A stretch of 64,000 nt of DNA, from the NCBI GenBank assembly GCA_002269645.1, contig NIVC01000254.1, forward strand, positions 186,001-250,000. The letters are read 5' to 3'. Shown piece by piece: positions 63,703-64,000 of the stretch. The notes under the pieces are model-generated. The model searched no databases, was not told the origin of the DNA, and saw nothing but the letters and a program-made list of their open reading frames with translations. The translations under genes were made by a program, and so were the position numbers. This DNA is from Macrostomum lignano. Taxonomy: Eukaryota. Position 1 is the stretch's first letter, and each line of letters opens with the position of its first letter.

Positions 63703-64000
63703 GTCTGACTAAACAGAATTTCATTATTTGCATCCCCATAATGCATGAAAATGATCATTTATGCAACTCAAAATGAGCCCTATATCTCGGACTCAAAATC
63801 CCCCCGCAAATGCAGCAATAACAGTATGATTCCCGGATTTTTTACAAGGAGTTGGTCTTTAATGACAGGTAGTTATTAAAGGCTTCTACTCAAGTCTGTG
63901 TTGAATTAAGAACTGAGGTGAGAGAAGAATGCAGCAGACCATGCAAAACATTGCAGTGCCATTGTTCATTGTCTTCATGGACTAACAAACAATACCGCCA

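Overview
Repeat-rich animal genomic DNA with spliceosomal GT-AG introns and GC-rich exons. The style, and a near match to the spliced leader as I recall it, suggest a free-living flatworm such as Macrostomum (inference). The centre of the window is a betaine-catabolism cluster: BHMT-1 (-, 22122-23507) lies head-to-head with dimethylglycine dehydrogenase (+, 28012-35935), followed by BHMT-2 (-, 37297-41359) and a duplicated BHMT first coding exon with its own promoter (43393-43662). All four upstream regions carry a CNRG-N6-CNRG double site of the Grainyhead/CP2 type, and two of them share an identical 20-nt string. Other genes reconstructed by hand: a 9-exon CNBD2-like cyclic-nucleotide-binding protein, a tetraspanin, a sarcoplasmic Ca-binding (EF-hand) protein, an orphan ORF, and a synaptotagmin-like TM-C2-C2 gene with a 1-nt frameshift. 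Mobile DNA: an intact 4.4-kb Ty3/gypsy element inserted into a 15-bp satellite, gypsy remnants, a non-autonomous hAT with an 8-bp TSD, MITE-like carriers of minisatellites and tRNA/CORE SINE pieces. About 25 tandem arrays fill the introns. Most long ORFs in the track are artefacts of these repeats. Repeat boundaries are approximate.
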